A stretch of DNA of 64,000 bases, from NCBI GenBank assembly GCA_964506505.1, contig CAZDKY010000019.1, forward strand, positions 606-64,605, given 5' to 3'. How positions within the stretch are numbered: the first letter of the stretch is position 1; each line of letters begins with the position of its first letter. Below are positions 46,259 through 55,921 of this stretch, piece after piece. The translations under genes and the position numbers were made by a program. The DNA comes from an uncultured Syntrophomonadaceae bacterium. GTDB lineage: Bacteria; Bacillota; Dethiobacteria; DTU022. Under the pieces are notes generated by a model. That model searched no databases. It had not been told where the DNA came from and was given only the letters and a program-made list of their open reading frames with translations.

Positions 46259-47110
46259 TCAGTAAGCCGGCCTGGCAGTAGCATTGCCCAGGCCGTAGCC
46301 GCCGGTCACATTGATTACTTCCCCGGTCAGGTAATCCGAATCGGGAGAAACAAAAAAAGCTACCGCAGCGGCAACGTCTCCCGGTTTACCCAGCCGGCCC
46401 AGGGGTGTAGCCCCGGCAATCTCCTCTTTTAGTTCAGCGGCCGTTTTACCCTTCACTCGAGCTTCCATTTCCAGACCCCACTGTTTAAGCTCCGTCTCAA
46501 TGTCCCCTGGACAGAGAGCATTGACACAGATGTTAAAGGGCGCCAGTTCTACAGCCATTGAATAGGTCAGGCCCAGGATCCCCGCCTTGGCAGCACTGTA
46601 GGCATGCATCCAGATGGCTCCGCGCCGTGCCGCCCGGGAAGAGATATTGACTATCTTGCCCCCGCCCTGTTCAATCATCAGGGGGACAACCTCGCGGCAG
46701 CATAAAAATGTACCCGTCAGATTTATGGCAAGCGTCTTTTCCCAGGCAGCCAGAGAAAACTGGGTCAGCGGTGCCGGTCCCGGCGATCCGCCGGCATTGT
46801 TGACCAAAATATCAATGCGACCCATCTTCTCTTTGGCCTCCCGCACCATGATACCCACTGATTCTTCGTCCGCCACATCGGCAAAAAGAGGAAGCGCCTT
46901 AACTCCCATCCTGCCTATCTCTTCAGCCACTGACGCCAGTTCTTCGCCGGCTCCCACTTTATAATCGGGAAACTCGGCAAAATTTCCGCCGATATCGGTA
47001 ACTACCACCGCCGCCCCCTCGAAAGCCAGGCGCCGTGCACAGACAGCCCCGATTCCTTTCTGCCGGCCGGCCCCTGTCACCAGGGCGACTTTTCCTTCCA
47101 GTCTTTTCAT
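46259..47110 (-). CDS. Short-chain dehydrogenase/reductase (SDR)
   Basis: 283 aa; TGAGRQKGIG...NNAG...YSAAK. Confidence 0.85.
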   Translation of the reverse strand: MKRLEGKVALVTGAGRQKGIGAVCARRLAFEGAAVVVTDIGGNFAEFPDYKVGAGEELASVAEEIGRMGVKALPLFADVADEESVGIMVREAKEKMGRIDILVNNAGGSPGPAPLTQFSLAAWEKTLAINLTGTFLCCREVVPLMIEQGGGKIVNISSRAARRGAIWMHAYSAAKAGILGLTYSMAVELAPFNICVNALCPGDIETELKQWGLEMEARVKGKTAAELKEEIAGATPLGRLGKPGDVAAAVAFFVSPDSDYLTGEVINVTGGYGLGNATARPAY

Positions 47111-47147
47111 AGCATCAATCCTTTCCCCCTCGAATTCTTTCCCGGGA

Positions 47148-48804
47148 TTAGTTTATCTTCCAGGGCAACTCCATACCCGAAAAACCGGTATCGGGATCGG
47201 TCCGCACATTGATTATAGACGGCTTACCGCTGGCAAAGGCTTTTTCCAAAGCCGGTTTCAGTTCGGCTATCTTTTCCACATAGAAACCCTGACCACCCAT
47301 GATCCGGGCCAGCTCATCGTAGCGTGTTGTCTGCAGCTCCACACCCACTGTCTGTTCAAAATCGCGCTTCTGACCGCGCCGGATCTGGCCCCAGCCACCG
47401 TCATTGGCAATAATGCAAACCACCGGGATGTTATGCCTGACAGCTGTATCAAACTCCATAGCCGTAAAACCGAAGGCCCCGTCACCGGTGAGGACAGTCA
47501 CCGGCCGATCCGGGTGAGCAAGTTTACCGGCCAGTCCGAAGGGCAGACCCACCCCCAGGTGGCCGAAAGCGCCGATCCAGATCAGCGAGGAAGGACTGAG
47601 GGCTTTCATAGTCAGCACGGCAAAACCGGCTATATCACCCCCGTCCACGGCCAGCATGTTTTTATCGGGCAAAATTTCGTCCAGTTCCCGGCAGAGCCTG
47701 GCCGGGTGAATCAGTTCGGCTTCCTGATCAGTCCCCTGAAGAGCCGAATCCCTGGCCGCTTCTTTCATAACCTGAATCGTCACCGGCCAGTTTTCTTCCA
47801 TCTTCATTGCTGCTCCTGCCATTTCCTCCTGCAGCTGCTGCAGGACAGCCTTAACATCGCCGATTATACCTATTTCCACCGGTCGGTTCTGGCCCATTTC
47901 GGAAGGTTCAATATCAACCTGGATCGTTTTAGTAGACATTTTTAAAAGCGGCGGCCTCCCGTATCCGACCGTCCAATCCAATCTCGTTCCCAGGATCAAC
48001 ACGACATCGGCCTGCATAAGGCCAATGGGGAAAAAACCGCCGGCCAGGGGATGATTTTCCGGAAAACAACCCCGCCCCATGTTGCGGGTATAGACAGGGA
48101 TACCCGTCGATTCGGCAAACTGGCGCAGCTCGACAGCCGCTCCGGACCAGAAAGCACCGCTTCCTGCCAGGATGACAGGATGTTCCGCTTCCCTGAGCAT
48201 GGTAGCGGCGAGGGTTATATCCTTGCTATCAGCACAGGGCCTGCTTTCGCAGTAATAGGCTGAAGGATATCGCACTTTGGTTCCGGAAACATCCTCGCCC
48301 ACCAGGTCCACCGGTATCTCGAGAAAGACAGGACCGGGCCGTCCGCTGACGGCCTGACGAAAAGCTGCAGCTACATACTCCGGGATCCTCTCAGCCTGGT
48401 AAACCTGACGCGCCCACTTGGTCAGGGGCCGCATCAGCTCAACCTGGTCAATATCCTGCATCGCTCCAATATCCCTACGGGCCAGCGAACTTCGACCGCC
48501 GATTAACACCAGGGGCACACCGCTCTGACTGGCCACTGCCATCCCCGGCAGGGCATTAACCACCCCCGGGCCGGCCGTAACCGCCGCCACCCCGGGCTTA
48601 CCCGTATAGCGGGCCCATCCCTCTGCCATATGCACCGCCGCCTGCTCGTGCCGGGTATCGATGATGCGGATATCCCTATTCCGGCAGCCATTGTAGATAG
48701 GATTAATATGCCCCCCGCTCAGACTGAAGATTAACTCCACCCCTTCACGCTTCAGCATCTCCGCCACCAGGTCACCACCCAGCAGCTTCTGTTCTTCCGC
48801 CAAT
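47148..48804 (-). CDS. Thiamine-diphosphate-dependent enzyme, acetolactate-synthase-like (YerE-like carboligase is one possibility)
   Basis: About 552 aa; TPP Pyr, central and PP domains; GDGAFGFTAMEFDTAVRHNIPVVCIIANDGGWG ThDP-binding motif. Start chosen at the TTG that has a GGAGG RBS; the ORF track extends to 48830. Confidence 0.8.
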
Positions 48805-48838
48805 GAAAACCTCCCCTTTCCAAAAATCAAAAACTCTA

Positions 48839-48865
48839 TCCTGTGTATTAACTTATTAACTTATT
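48839..48865 (-). repeat. Junction element, copy 6 (1-nt deletion variant ATCTGTGTATTAACTTATTAACTTATT)
   Basis: Located 8 nt after the CapF-like gene stop and about 35 nt before the ThDP enzyme start. Confidence 0.85.
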
Positions 48866-48873
48866 GAATTTTG

Positions 48874-49614
48874 CTACAAATAGCTCAGGTAAGTTTGATA
48901 AAGTTTCGCCGCAAATTTATCCGTGGCTGTAAATTCCTCACCCCTCCTGACCCTTTCCCTGAAATCGTAGAGCATCCCAGCCAGCTCCCCGAGGGTAACC
49001 CGGTATTCCAGATCTTCCGGCAGGCGGTAAAAACCATCCGGGTCTGGTTCTACACTGCCGTGCAGCTGTTGTAAAAAAGATTCTATGACGTCATCGATAT
49101 AATACAGGTGCATCTCTCGATCCGGATCGCTGATGACGATGGGCAAATCCCGGGCAATGTTGTAGCAAAATGTGGCTACCACCGAGTGGCTGTTCGGCCG
49201 GGCGTAACGGCCAAAGGTATTGGTTAGACGATAGATTATCGCCTTCCCCCCGCTACCTGTGGCATGCTCCCGCACCAGCTTTTCTGCCGCCCTCTTGCTC
49301 CTGCCGTAGGCGCTATCATCGACAGCCTGGATCGATGAGGTGAGCAAAACAGGGCAGCTGTTGCCGTGTTTTTTTAAATGGGCCAGCACATCGGCCAGGA
49401 ACTGCCGGTTGACCCGGTCAAACTCAGCATCGTCACCGGGACGGTGCACCGCGGCCAGGTGAAATAGAAAATCACAGCCGACCGTGTAATCTCGCAGAAG
49501 TCGTGGATCATCTGCACTGTTAAACTTAAACACGGTATGCCCTTCTTCCTCTTCCAGGGCTTTAACCAGGTTGCGGCCGATAAAACCTCCGGCACCGATT
49601 ATCAGTATATTCAT
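48874..49614 (-). CDS. NAD-dependent epimerase/dehydratase, CapF/WbjC-like reductase lacking the C-terminal cupin domain
   Basis: 246 aa; MNILIIGAGGFIGRNLV; immediately downstream of a CapE/FnlA-like gene. Confidence 0.65.
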   Translation of the reverse strand: MNILIIGAGGFIGRNLVKALEEEEGHTVFKFNSADDPRLLRDYTVGCDFLFHLAAVHRPGDDAEFDRVNRQFLADVLAHLKKHGNSCPVLLTSSIQAVDDSAYGRSKRAAEKLVREHATGSGGKAIIYRLTNTFGRYARPNSHSVVATFCYNIARDLPIVISDPDREMHLYYIDDVIESFLQQLHGSVEPDPDGFYRLPEDLEYRVTLGELAGMLYDFRERVRRGEEFTATDKFAAKLYQTYLSYL

Positions 49615-49620
49615 CGCCGC

Positions 49621-50646
49621 CTACCAGCCTTTCCATGAAGCCAGTTCTTCCTGTATGTAAAGCAAGCCCAGCAGCTTCTCTTTCAGTTCGGCAGGGCTCA
49701 TGATCTGCGTATTATTGGAATTGTATTCCACCGCCCGGGTAAACTTTTCAGATCCCTTTTCAAAATACAGGGCATAGTTAAGGTCCCGGTTGTCGGCCGG
49801 AACCCGGTAAAAATTACCCAGATCGACAGCCTTGGCCGACTCCTCCCTGGTCAGCAGCACTTCATAGACCTTTTCCCCGTGGCGGGTGCCGATTACATCA
49901 ATCTTATTGTCGGCTCCGAATATTTCTTTCACCGCTGCAGCCAGTTCCCCGATATAGCAGGAACTGGCCTTTTGGACCAGGAGATCGCCGCTTTCTCCAT
50001 GTTCGAAGGCATAGAGGATCAGGTTAACTGCCTCATCCATACTCATCATGAAGCGAGTCATCTCCGGATCGGTGACAGTGATATTCACCCCGCTCTTGAT
50101 CTGCTCGACAAAAAGGGGAATCACCGAACCGCGCGAGCACATCACGTTGCCATAGCGAACACCGCAAATCAATGTTTTCTCTGCCCTTACTGTCCTTGAC
50201 TTGGCGATAAACACCTTCTCCATCATCGCTTTGGAAATACCCATAGCGTTAACCGGATAAGCGGCCTTGTCAGTGGAAAGGCAGATCACCTTCCGCACCC
50301 CTGCCTCGATGGCAGCCGTTAAGACATTATCCGTGCCTATTACATTCGTATTCACCGCTTCCAGGGGGAAAAATTCACAGGAGGGCACCTGTTTCAGAGC
50401 AGCAGCATGGAAAATATAATCAACTCCATGCAGGGCATTTCTGACACTCTGCAGATCCCTGACATTGCCCAAATAAAACTTAAGGTTACTGCAGGCAAAT
50501 TTTTTGCGCATATCGTCCTGTTTTTTTTCGTCGCGGGAAAAAATGCGGATTTCACCTATGTCGCTTCCCATGAACCGTTCAAGCACGGCATTGCCGAAAC
50601 TACCGGTCCCTCCTGTAATAAGCAGTGTTTTGTCTTTGAACATCAA
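49621..50646 (-). CDS. UDP-N-acetylglucosamine 4,6-dehydratase / 5-epimerase (CapE/FnlA/WbjB-like)
   Basis: 341 aa; MMFKDKTLLITGGTGSFGNAV...EIRIFSRDEKKQDDMRKKF matches the CapE/FnlA N-terminus. Confidence 0.85.
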   Translation of the reverse strand: MMFKDKTLLITGGTGSFGNAVLERFMGSDIGEIRIFSRDEKKQDDMRKKFACSNLKFYLGNVRDLQSVRNALHGVDYIFHAAALKQVPSCEFFPLEAVNTNVIGTDNVLTAAIEAGVRKVICLSTDKAAYPVNAMGISKAMMEKVFIAKSRTVRAEKTLICGVRYGNVMCSRGSVIPLFVEQIKSGVNITVTDPEMTRFMMSMDEAVNLILYAFEHGESGDLLVQKASSCYIGELAAAVKEIFGADNKIDVIGTRHGEKVYEVLLTREESAKAVDLGNFYRVPADNRDLNYALYFEKGSEKFTRAVEYNSNNTQIMSPAELKEKLLGLLYIQEELASWKGW

Positions 50647-50677
50647 CTCTTTCCCTCCTCGAAAAAAACAAAAACGC

Positions 50678-50719
50678 CAAAAAAGCTACCCTGTGTATCA
50701 AAAAAGCTACCCTGTGTAT
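50678..50719 (-). repeat. Tandem 21-bp duplication (CAAAAAAGCTACCCTGTGTAT x2) abutting junction-element copy 7
   Basis: Exact tandem repeat seen in the sequence. Confidence 0.8.
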
Positions 50720-50736
50720 TAACTTATTAACTTATT
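50709..50736 (-). repeat. Junction element, copy 7 (overlaps the stop codon of the GT2 gene)
   Basis: ACCCTGTGTATTAACTTATTAACTTATT. Confidence 0.9.
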
Positions 50737-51700
50737 TCCCCCTGCCAGAAAGAAGGCGGATCGGCTCCCCCCGGAAAAGTTTTCCCAGGGCCAGCCAAAC
50801 GAAATAAGCCAGGCTCGCCGGCAAATGGTAGAGAGCCGACAGCGGGATCTGGCCCAGGTGCTTCATGGCAATCTTAAAGCGCCCGCGGGCCAGGCAGGCC
50901 AGCATGAATCCGACCGAATCGTTAACCAGGTTATTTTTGATCTTCTCCACCTGCCACCGGTTCAACTTTACATTATCATATATTTTCAGGTTCTTATATC
51001 GAATCAGGTAAGCTTCGCTGAAAGTATCACCGCTCAACGTGCTCAGGGCCTGCCCCGAATCGCTGTGGTAACCGACACTGGTCAGCGGTTTATGAACATA
51101 GGCCAGATCATAACGATTGAGAATGCGGTAAAACAGCTCGGCATCAGCATGGAGCAAGTCAGTACGAAAACCGCCCGTCTCCCTGTAAACAGCCCCTGGA
51201 ATTAAAACCGTGGTTGGGGAAAAGATGGTTGACCGTGCTTCAGGTTCGACTAGCATTTTGGCCAGAATTTTAGGGCCGCTGATCAGCTCTATCCCCTCCG
51301 GCACCGCTCCTTTAACCAGCTGCTCGCCATTGTAGTAATAGGAACAGACTAAGCCAATCCTTTCTCCTCTTTCGCCCGCCCGGACCATCTCGTCAAGACA
51401 CCCCGGCAACAGGCTATCGTCATCGCCGACAAACTTGAGCCAGCGGCTCTCCGGTGCCGCCGCATCGAAAGCCAGCCGGAAATTAAACAGCCGGGGCACC
51501 GTTTCCTTATTGCGGATCACCCTGACCCGCCTGTCGTTTTTGTAGTCTTCAATAACCGCGGCGGTTCCGTCAGTTGAAGCATTATCAACGATAACAAACT
51601 CGAAAGGTTCATAGTCCTGGGCCAGAATACTTTCGATGGCCTGCCGGACATAAGCTTCCCCGTTGTAAACGGGCAACAGCACACTGATCATTGGGTTCAA
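50732..51700 (-). CDS. Glycosyltransferase family 2
   Basis: 322 aa; ISVLLPVYNGEAYVRQAIESILAQ...IVDNASTDGT. Confidence 0.8.
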   Translation of the reverse strand: MNPMISVLLPVYNGEAYVRQAIESILAQDYEPFEFVIVDNASTDGTAAVIEDYKNDRRVRVIRNKETVPRLFNFRLAFDAAAPESRWLKFVGDDDSLLPGCLDEMVRAGERGERIGLVCSYYYNGEQLVKGAVPEGIELISGPKILAKMLVEPEARSTIFSPTTVLIPGAVYRETGGFRTDLLHADAELFYRILNRYDLAYVHKPLTSVGYHSDSGQALSTLSGDTFSEAYLIRYKNLKIYDNVKLNRWQVEKIKNNLVNDSVGFMLACLARGRFKIAMKHLGQIPLSALYHLPASLAYFVWLALGKLFRGEPIRLLSGRGK

Positions 51701-51726
51701 AAATCACGCAATCCCTTCTCATCCGA

Positions 51727-51754
51727 ACCCTGGGTATTAACTTATTAACTTATT
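51727..51754 (-). repeat. Junction element, copy 8 (ACCCTGGGTATTAACTTATTAACTTATT; abuts the stop of the upstream GT gene)
   Basis: G variant at the position where copies 2 and 4-7 have T. Confidence 0.9.
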
Positions 51755-52591
51755 TCAAGAATAGGGTCTCGGATTGATCTTTTCCCGAAAGATATAGGCG
51801 GCGCCCCGCAAACGTTCATTCAGGTAAGCACTGGGTCTTTTGCCGAGACTGCATAGTTCGGGCCACAGCTTTACGGTTCCGAAAAAAGCGGCCGGAAAGG
51901 CCAGCCAGCCATAGCGACGGGCGTCGTAAGCACCCTTGAAAATATTGTGGACTTCCTCATAACGGCCGATCGATCTGATGGTGCTCACCGCCGGATGTTC
52001 GACAATATACTGCGGAATATATTTGACCCTGAGGCCGGCCTTAAGGCAGTCGTAAATAAAAATCGCCTCTTCGCCAAAGCTGTTCAGTTTGCTGCCCAGG
52101 CCAAAGCGTTCGTCAAAATAGAGTCCCTCTTCCTTGATCCGGTCCAGTCGGAAAACTATCTCCATGGTCGAGATATAATGATGCTCCTCTTCATTCAACA
52201 GGTAAGACCGGTCAGCATACTCTTTGTACTCCGGTTCTCCCGGAGGGGTATCAATTTTAAAGCAGGCCACGCTCAGATCCGGGTCGTCGGCAAAGGCAGC
52301 CTGCACATTGTTGATATATTCGTCTCTGTAGCGGACATCATCGTCGGCCAGGATGATAATATCACCATCGGCCAGGGCCAAAGCATTGTTTCTGTTGCGG
52401 CAGAGCCCCCTCCCTTCAATCTGGACTACGCTGATGTCTTTTCTGTTCAGTTCAGAAGGAATCTTCCTGTATTTTCTGCTCGTTACCTGGTGCGAAACTA
52501 TATACTGCAGATCATCGCGCTGTGGCAGCAAAATGTTAGGAACGCGCTTAATGCCCTGGTCCAGGGTGGCCACGAGTATGTTAATCCGCAT
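51755..52591 (-). CDS. Glycosyltransferase (GT-A fold)
   Basis: 278 aa; [10 protein letters not shown] DxD-type motif. Confidence 0.6.
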   Translation of the reverse strand: MRINILVATLDQGIKRVPNILLPQRDDLQYIVSHQVTSRKYRKIPSELNRKDISVVQIEGRGLCRNRNNALALADGDIIILADDDVRYRDEYINNVQAAFADDPDLSVACFKIDTPPGEPEYKEYADRSYLLNEEEHHYISTMEIVFRLDRIKEEGLYFDERFGLGSKLNSFGEEAIFIYDCLKAGLRVKYIPQYIVEHPAVSTIRSIGRYEEVHNIFKGAYDARRYGWLAFPAAFFGTVKLWPELCSLGKRPSAYLNERLRGAAYIFREKINPRPYS

Positions 52592-53594
52592 TGGCCAAAA
52601 ACCTCCTGTACCAATCGACTGTCAGTTCCAGGGCCCTCTCAAGGTTGTAAATAGGAGCCCATTTCAGAATCCGCCGCGCCTTTTCAGCACTCAGATACTG
52701 CCGGCGGATCTCGCATGAGGCTTCGCCCAAAATTTCCGGTTCCAGGTCTGATTGCATCACGTTCAAAATTTTCTCCACCATCTGCAGGACAGTAAGTTGA
52801 TTTTCTGTTGAAAAATTAAATGCTTCCCCGGCCAGGGAAGGATTTTCAGCCATTTTCTCGGCCAGCAGCATATAGGCCGCCGCACCATCCTCGATATAAA
52901 AATAATCGCGCACATACTGCCCGTCGGAACGGATCAGCGGCCTCTCCCCCCGCAGAACCGAGCGGATTGTCCCTGGAACAATGCGGTTCCAGTTTAAATC
53001 GCCGCCGCCAAAAAAATTACCGCAGCGAGTAACCGCAACAGGTAAATTAAATGTTTCATGATAGCTGTATGAGATTAAATCAGCACAGGATTTGCTCACA
53101 TCATAGGGATAGTGCCCCTGCAGCGGCAAATCTTCATGATATGGCAGCACATCGTGTTCACCATAGGCCTTATCAGATGAGGCAACGATAATCTGTTCCA
53201 CCAGGGGGCTGCGCCGGCAGGCCTCAAGGATAGACCAGGTGCCGCCGATGTTGCTTTCGAAGGTCGAAACCGGGTTTTTGTTGGCAATGGGGACGATGGT
53301 CTGGGCAGCAAGATGAAAAACAGTTTTTACCTCATACTCACCGAGGATCCTCTCCAGCAGGCAGCGGTCTGTAATATCACCGCGCACCAGATTTACCTTC
53401 TCTATCAGTCCATCCCGTATGAGCCTCGCTCCCGGGACCCAGTCCCGCACCAGGCAGACTACTGCAGCCCCGGACCCAATGAGCCGCTCCACCAGCCAGC
53501 CGCCCAGGAAACCGCTCGCCCCGGTGACCAGCACCGGCCTGTCGCGCCAGAATTTATTCGTTTCAGTCAATTTTCTCCCCTGCCCGCCATTCAA
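52581..53594 (-). CDS. rfbG: CDP-glucose 4,6-dehydratase
   Basis: 337 aa; [23 protein letters not shown]-extended, RfbG-like. Confidence 0.85.
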   Translation of the reverse strand: MNGGQGRKLTETNKFWRDRPVLVTGASGFLGGWLVERLIGSGAAVVCLVRDWVPGARLIRDGLIEKVNLVRGDITDRCLLERILGEYEVKTVFHLAAQTIVPIANKNPVSTFESNIGGTWSILEACRRSPLVEQIIVASSDKAYGEHDVLPYHEDLPLQGHYPYDVSKSCADLISYSYHETFNLPVAVTRCGNFFGGGDLNWNRIVPGTIRSVLRGERPLIRSDGQYVRDYFYIEDGAAAYMLLAEKMAENPSLAGEAFNFSTENQLTVLQMVEKILNVMQSDLEPEILGEASCEIRRQYLSAEKARRILKWAPIYNLERALELTVDWYRRFLANAD

Positions 53595-53844
53595 TATTTT
53601 TCCATGTCACATCAATCATAATACCGATAATTTCTGCCTCTTTCCTTTCGGATCAGTTCATCAGATCACAGCTATTCAAATCACTTTATATCTTTTTACT
53701 CTATATCATTGCCTGACAGATACACTTTTTAAAATAACCCTGCTATTAATTTTAACCGTAAATAGAGTTGCCTTCTCACAGCTTCAGTTCACGAATGCAA
53801 GTTTATTTCCCAAACTACTGCCCTGCAGGCACCAGGTAAAATTT

Positions 53845-54612
53845 TTACCATATCTTCCACGGTGCGCTGCCGCTCTGCCAGTATTTCTCCAGGATCTTCA
53901 GCTCGCGGTAGGTATCCATGCACTGCCAGAAGTCATCGTGCCGGTAAGCCACCAGCTGTCCGTCGGCGGCAATATTGCGCAGCGGCTCACTTTCCCAGGG
54001 CTGATCGCCTTCGATATAATCCAGGGCTTCCCTTTCCACAACAAAAAAACCGCCGTTGATCCAGCCTCCACCGCTGAGCGGCTTTTCCACGAATCGGGTA
54101 ATCAGGTCACCATCGGTAAATTCCAGGCTGCCGAAGCGGGCCGGCGGGCGCACCGCCGTCACCGTCACCAGTTTGCCGTTGTCGCTGTGAAACTGCAGCA
54201 ATTTTTGCAGATCCACATTGCAAACACCGTCGCCGTAGGTCAGCATAAAAGTCTTTTCGTCCAGCCAGGAACGCAGCTTCTGCAGCCGTCCGCCCGTGTT
54301 GGTCAACAGGCCTGTCTCCACCAGGTGGACCAGCCAGTCCTCCTGGACATCATCGTGCACCTCAACGGTCCCGTCGGTCAGGGAAATTGAAACACTGCCG
54401 TTCATGCAGAAATAATCGTGAAAATAACGCTTAATCATCTCGCCCTTGTAGCCCAGAGCGATGACAAATTCCTTGAAGCCGTAATGGGCATAATGCTTCA
54501 TGATATGCCAGATAATGGGCCGTCCGCCTATTTCGACCATCGGTTTCGGCCGGGTGACCGTTTCTTCGGCCAGCCGCGTGCCCATTCCGCCGGCCAGGAT
54601 AACTACTTTCAT
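53845..54612 (-). CDS. rfbF: Glucose-1-phosphate cytidylyltransferase
   Basis: MKVVILAGGMGTRLAEETVTRPKPMVEIGGRPIIWHIM. Start at the ATG that has a GGGAGG RBS; the ORF-track start at 54627 adds 5 codons. Confidence 0.9.
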   Translation of the reverse strand: MKVVILAGGMGTRLAEETVTRPKPMVEIGGRPIIWHIMKHYAHYGFKEFVIALGYKGEMIKRYFHDYFCMNGSVSISLTDGTVEVHDDVQEDWLVHLVETGLLTNTGGRLQKLRSWLDEKTFMLTYGDGVCNVDLQKLLQFHSDNGKLVTVTAVRPPARFGSLEFTDGDLITRFVEKPLSGGGWINGGFFVVEREALDYIEGDQPWESEPLRNIAADGQLVAYRHDDFWQCMDTYRELKILEKYWQSGSAPWKIW

Positions 54613-54823
54613 ACTGTGACCTCCCAATTACAAATCAAAACTTCTACCTTCCGCAGGCCCTGAACCGGCCCGTTCCAGTAAAATCGATTTCTTTAGCCAA
54701 ATCATAAAATATTAATTGCCATTTTCATCTTTCATCTATCGGACAGTGTTATTTTATAAAGCCTTGCTGTCATTTTTTCTATGCCGCTTCTCTCTTGCCA
54801 TTCCGCTGAAATTATCCTTTCCC

Positions 54824-55921
54824 TCAGCGGAGCATCTTCCGGTAAAGGCTTAATGTCTTGTCAACCATCTGCTCCAGATTAAAAAACTGTTTGTAGCGCC
54901 TGCGCCCTTCCGCTCCCATCTTCCGACGCAGCTCAGGACCGCGCAGTAATTCGGCCAGTGCTTGCTTAAGCTTCTCCACACTGCCCGGCGGGAATAGCAA
55001 ACCGCTCCTGCCGTCGGCTACCGCTTCTTTTACCCCGCCGATATCTGAAGCAACCACCGGCAGTCCGGCCCGCATCGCCTCGAGAATGCCCAGGGGGAAT
55101 CCTTCCCGCCTGGAGCTGAGGACAAAGATCTGGTTACGGGCCAGGACCACCTGCACGTCCAATCTCATCCCCAAAAATTCCACCCTATCGCCGATGCCCA
55201 GATCTTCAACCAGCTTTTCCGCTTCAAGCCTGCCGCTTCCATCGCCAACAAGCTCCAGGGACCACTGCAGATCCTTCAAACCGCTTAAAGCTTTAAGCAA
55301 GGTCAAGTGGTCCTTCGGTGCGGCAAAGCGGGCCACCATCACTATTCCCGGAGGTTCAGCACCCGGATCCGCCTGCCAGTTTTCTTTAATATCTGGCAGC
55401 CCGTTGTGGATAACCGCCATCTTTTCGTCCGCTATAACCTTCAGGGCATCCGCCGCCTGCCGCTCACTTTCGGCTACCACGATCACCCGATCCCCCATGC
55501 TGGCAAAAACCTTCTCAATGAAGCGGTAAAACAGCCCCGCAGTGCTCTTCTCCCTGCCGGTAAAGAGGAATCCGTGTGAAGTGTGAACCACCGGCAATCC
55601 CAGGGAACGGGCAGCCCACCGGCCCAGCAATCCGGCCTTGTTGGAATGGGTGGCCACCAGGTCCGGCTGTAGCTCTTGAAGAACAGTTTTTATCTCCCGC
55701 AGGGCCTGCCAGTCCTGCAATGGCCTGATGGGATGAACCAGTTCTTTCAGCAGCCGGAAGGGCACTTTTCTTTCGTTTAGCTGCTCAAAGAGCACCCCTC
55801 CAACACCGGCCAGAACAGCAACCTGTTCTCCCCGTTCCTGCAGGGCAAACGCCAGGTCACGGACATGAACCTGGGCCCCACCCAGATCGTCAGCCCTGGT
55901 AATAATAAAAACTATTTTAAT
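54824..55921 (-). CDS. Glycosyltransferase family 4, with an apparent non-canonical ATT/ATA start
   Basis: The in-frame upstream extension encodes IKIVFIITRADDLGGAQVHVRDLAFALQERGEQVAVLAG (a canonical GT4 N-terminus) with GGGGAGGA 7 nt before the ATT. No ATG/GTG/TTG occurs until 55795. Confidence 0.65.
   Translation of the reverse strand: MKIVFIITRADDLGGAQVHVRDLAFALQERGEQVAVLAGVGGVLFEQLNERKVPFRLLKELVHPIRPLQDWQALREIKTVLQELQPDLVATHSNKAGLLGRWAARSLGLPVVHTSHGFLFTGREKSTAGLFYRFIEKVFASMGDRVIVVAESERQAADALKVIADEKMAVIHNGLPDIKENWQADPGAEPPGIVMVARFAAPKDHLTLLKALSGLKDLQWSLELVGDGSGRLEAEKLVEDLGIGDRVEFLGMRLDVQVVLARNQIFVLSSRREGFPLGILEAMRAGLPVVASDIGGVKEAVADGRSGLLFPPGSVEKLKQALAELLRGPELRRKMGAEGRRRYKQFFNLEQMVDKTLSLYRKMLR

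Noticed and set aside
44821-46284. The 487-aa membrane protein as an O-antigen polymerase (Wzy)
   Set aside because: The two-repeat architecture and the loop motifs (FL..Y.IP....GG; G...L.G..G.G) resemble ESS/GltS symporters rather than Wzy. No Wzy is confidently identified in the window.
30140-51754. Junction elements as integron attC sites, MITEs or CRISPR repeats
   Set aside because: There is no imperfect-palindrome attC structure, no terminal inverted repeats or target-site duplications, and no regular spacing or spacer architecture. Inter-copy distances range from 0.7 to 8 kb and the intervals are filled with genes.
53419-54390. Long antisense ORFs (323 aa at 53419-54390, 334 aa at 56006-57010, 511 aa at 60411-61946, 419-aa-scale frames opposite pur genes, and others)
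   Set aside because: They lie opposite well-supported coding genes (rfbF, ugd, methyltransferase/sortase), have no RBS or domain signatures and show low-complexity composition. They are typical spurious ORFs in GC-rich coding DNA.
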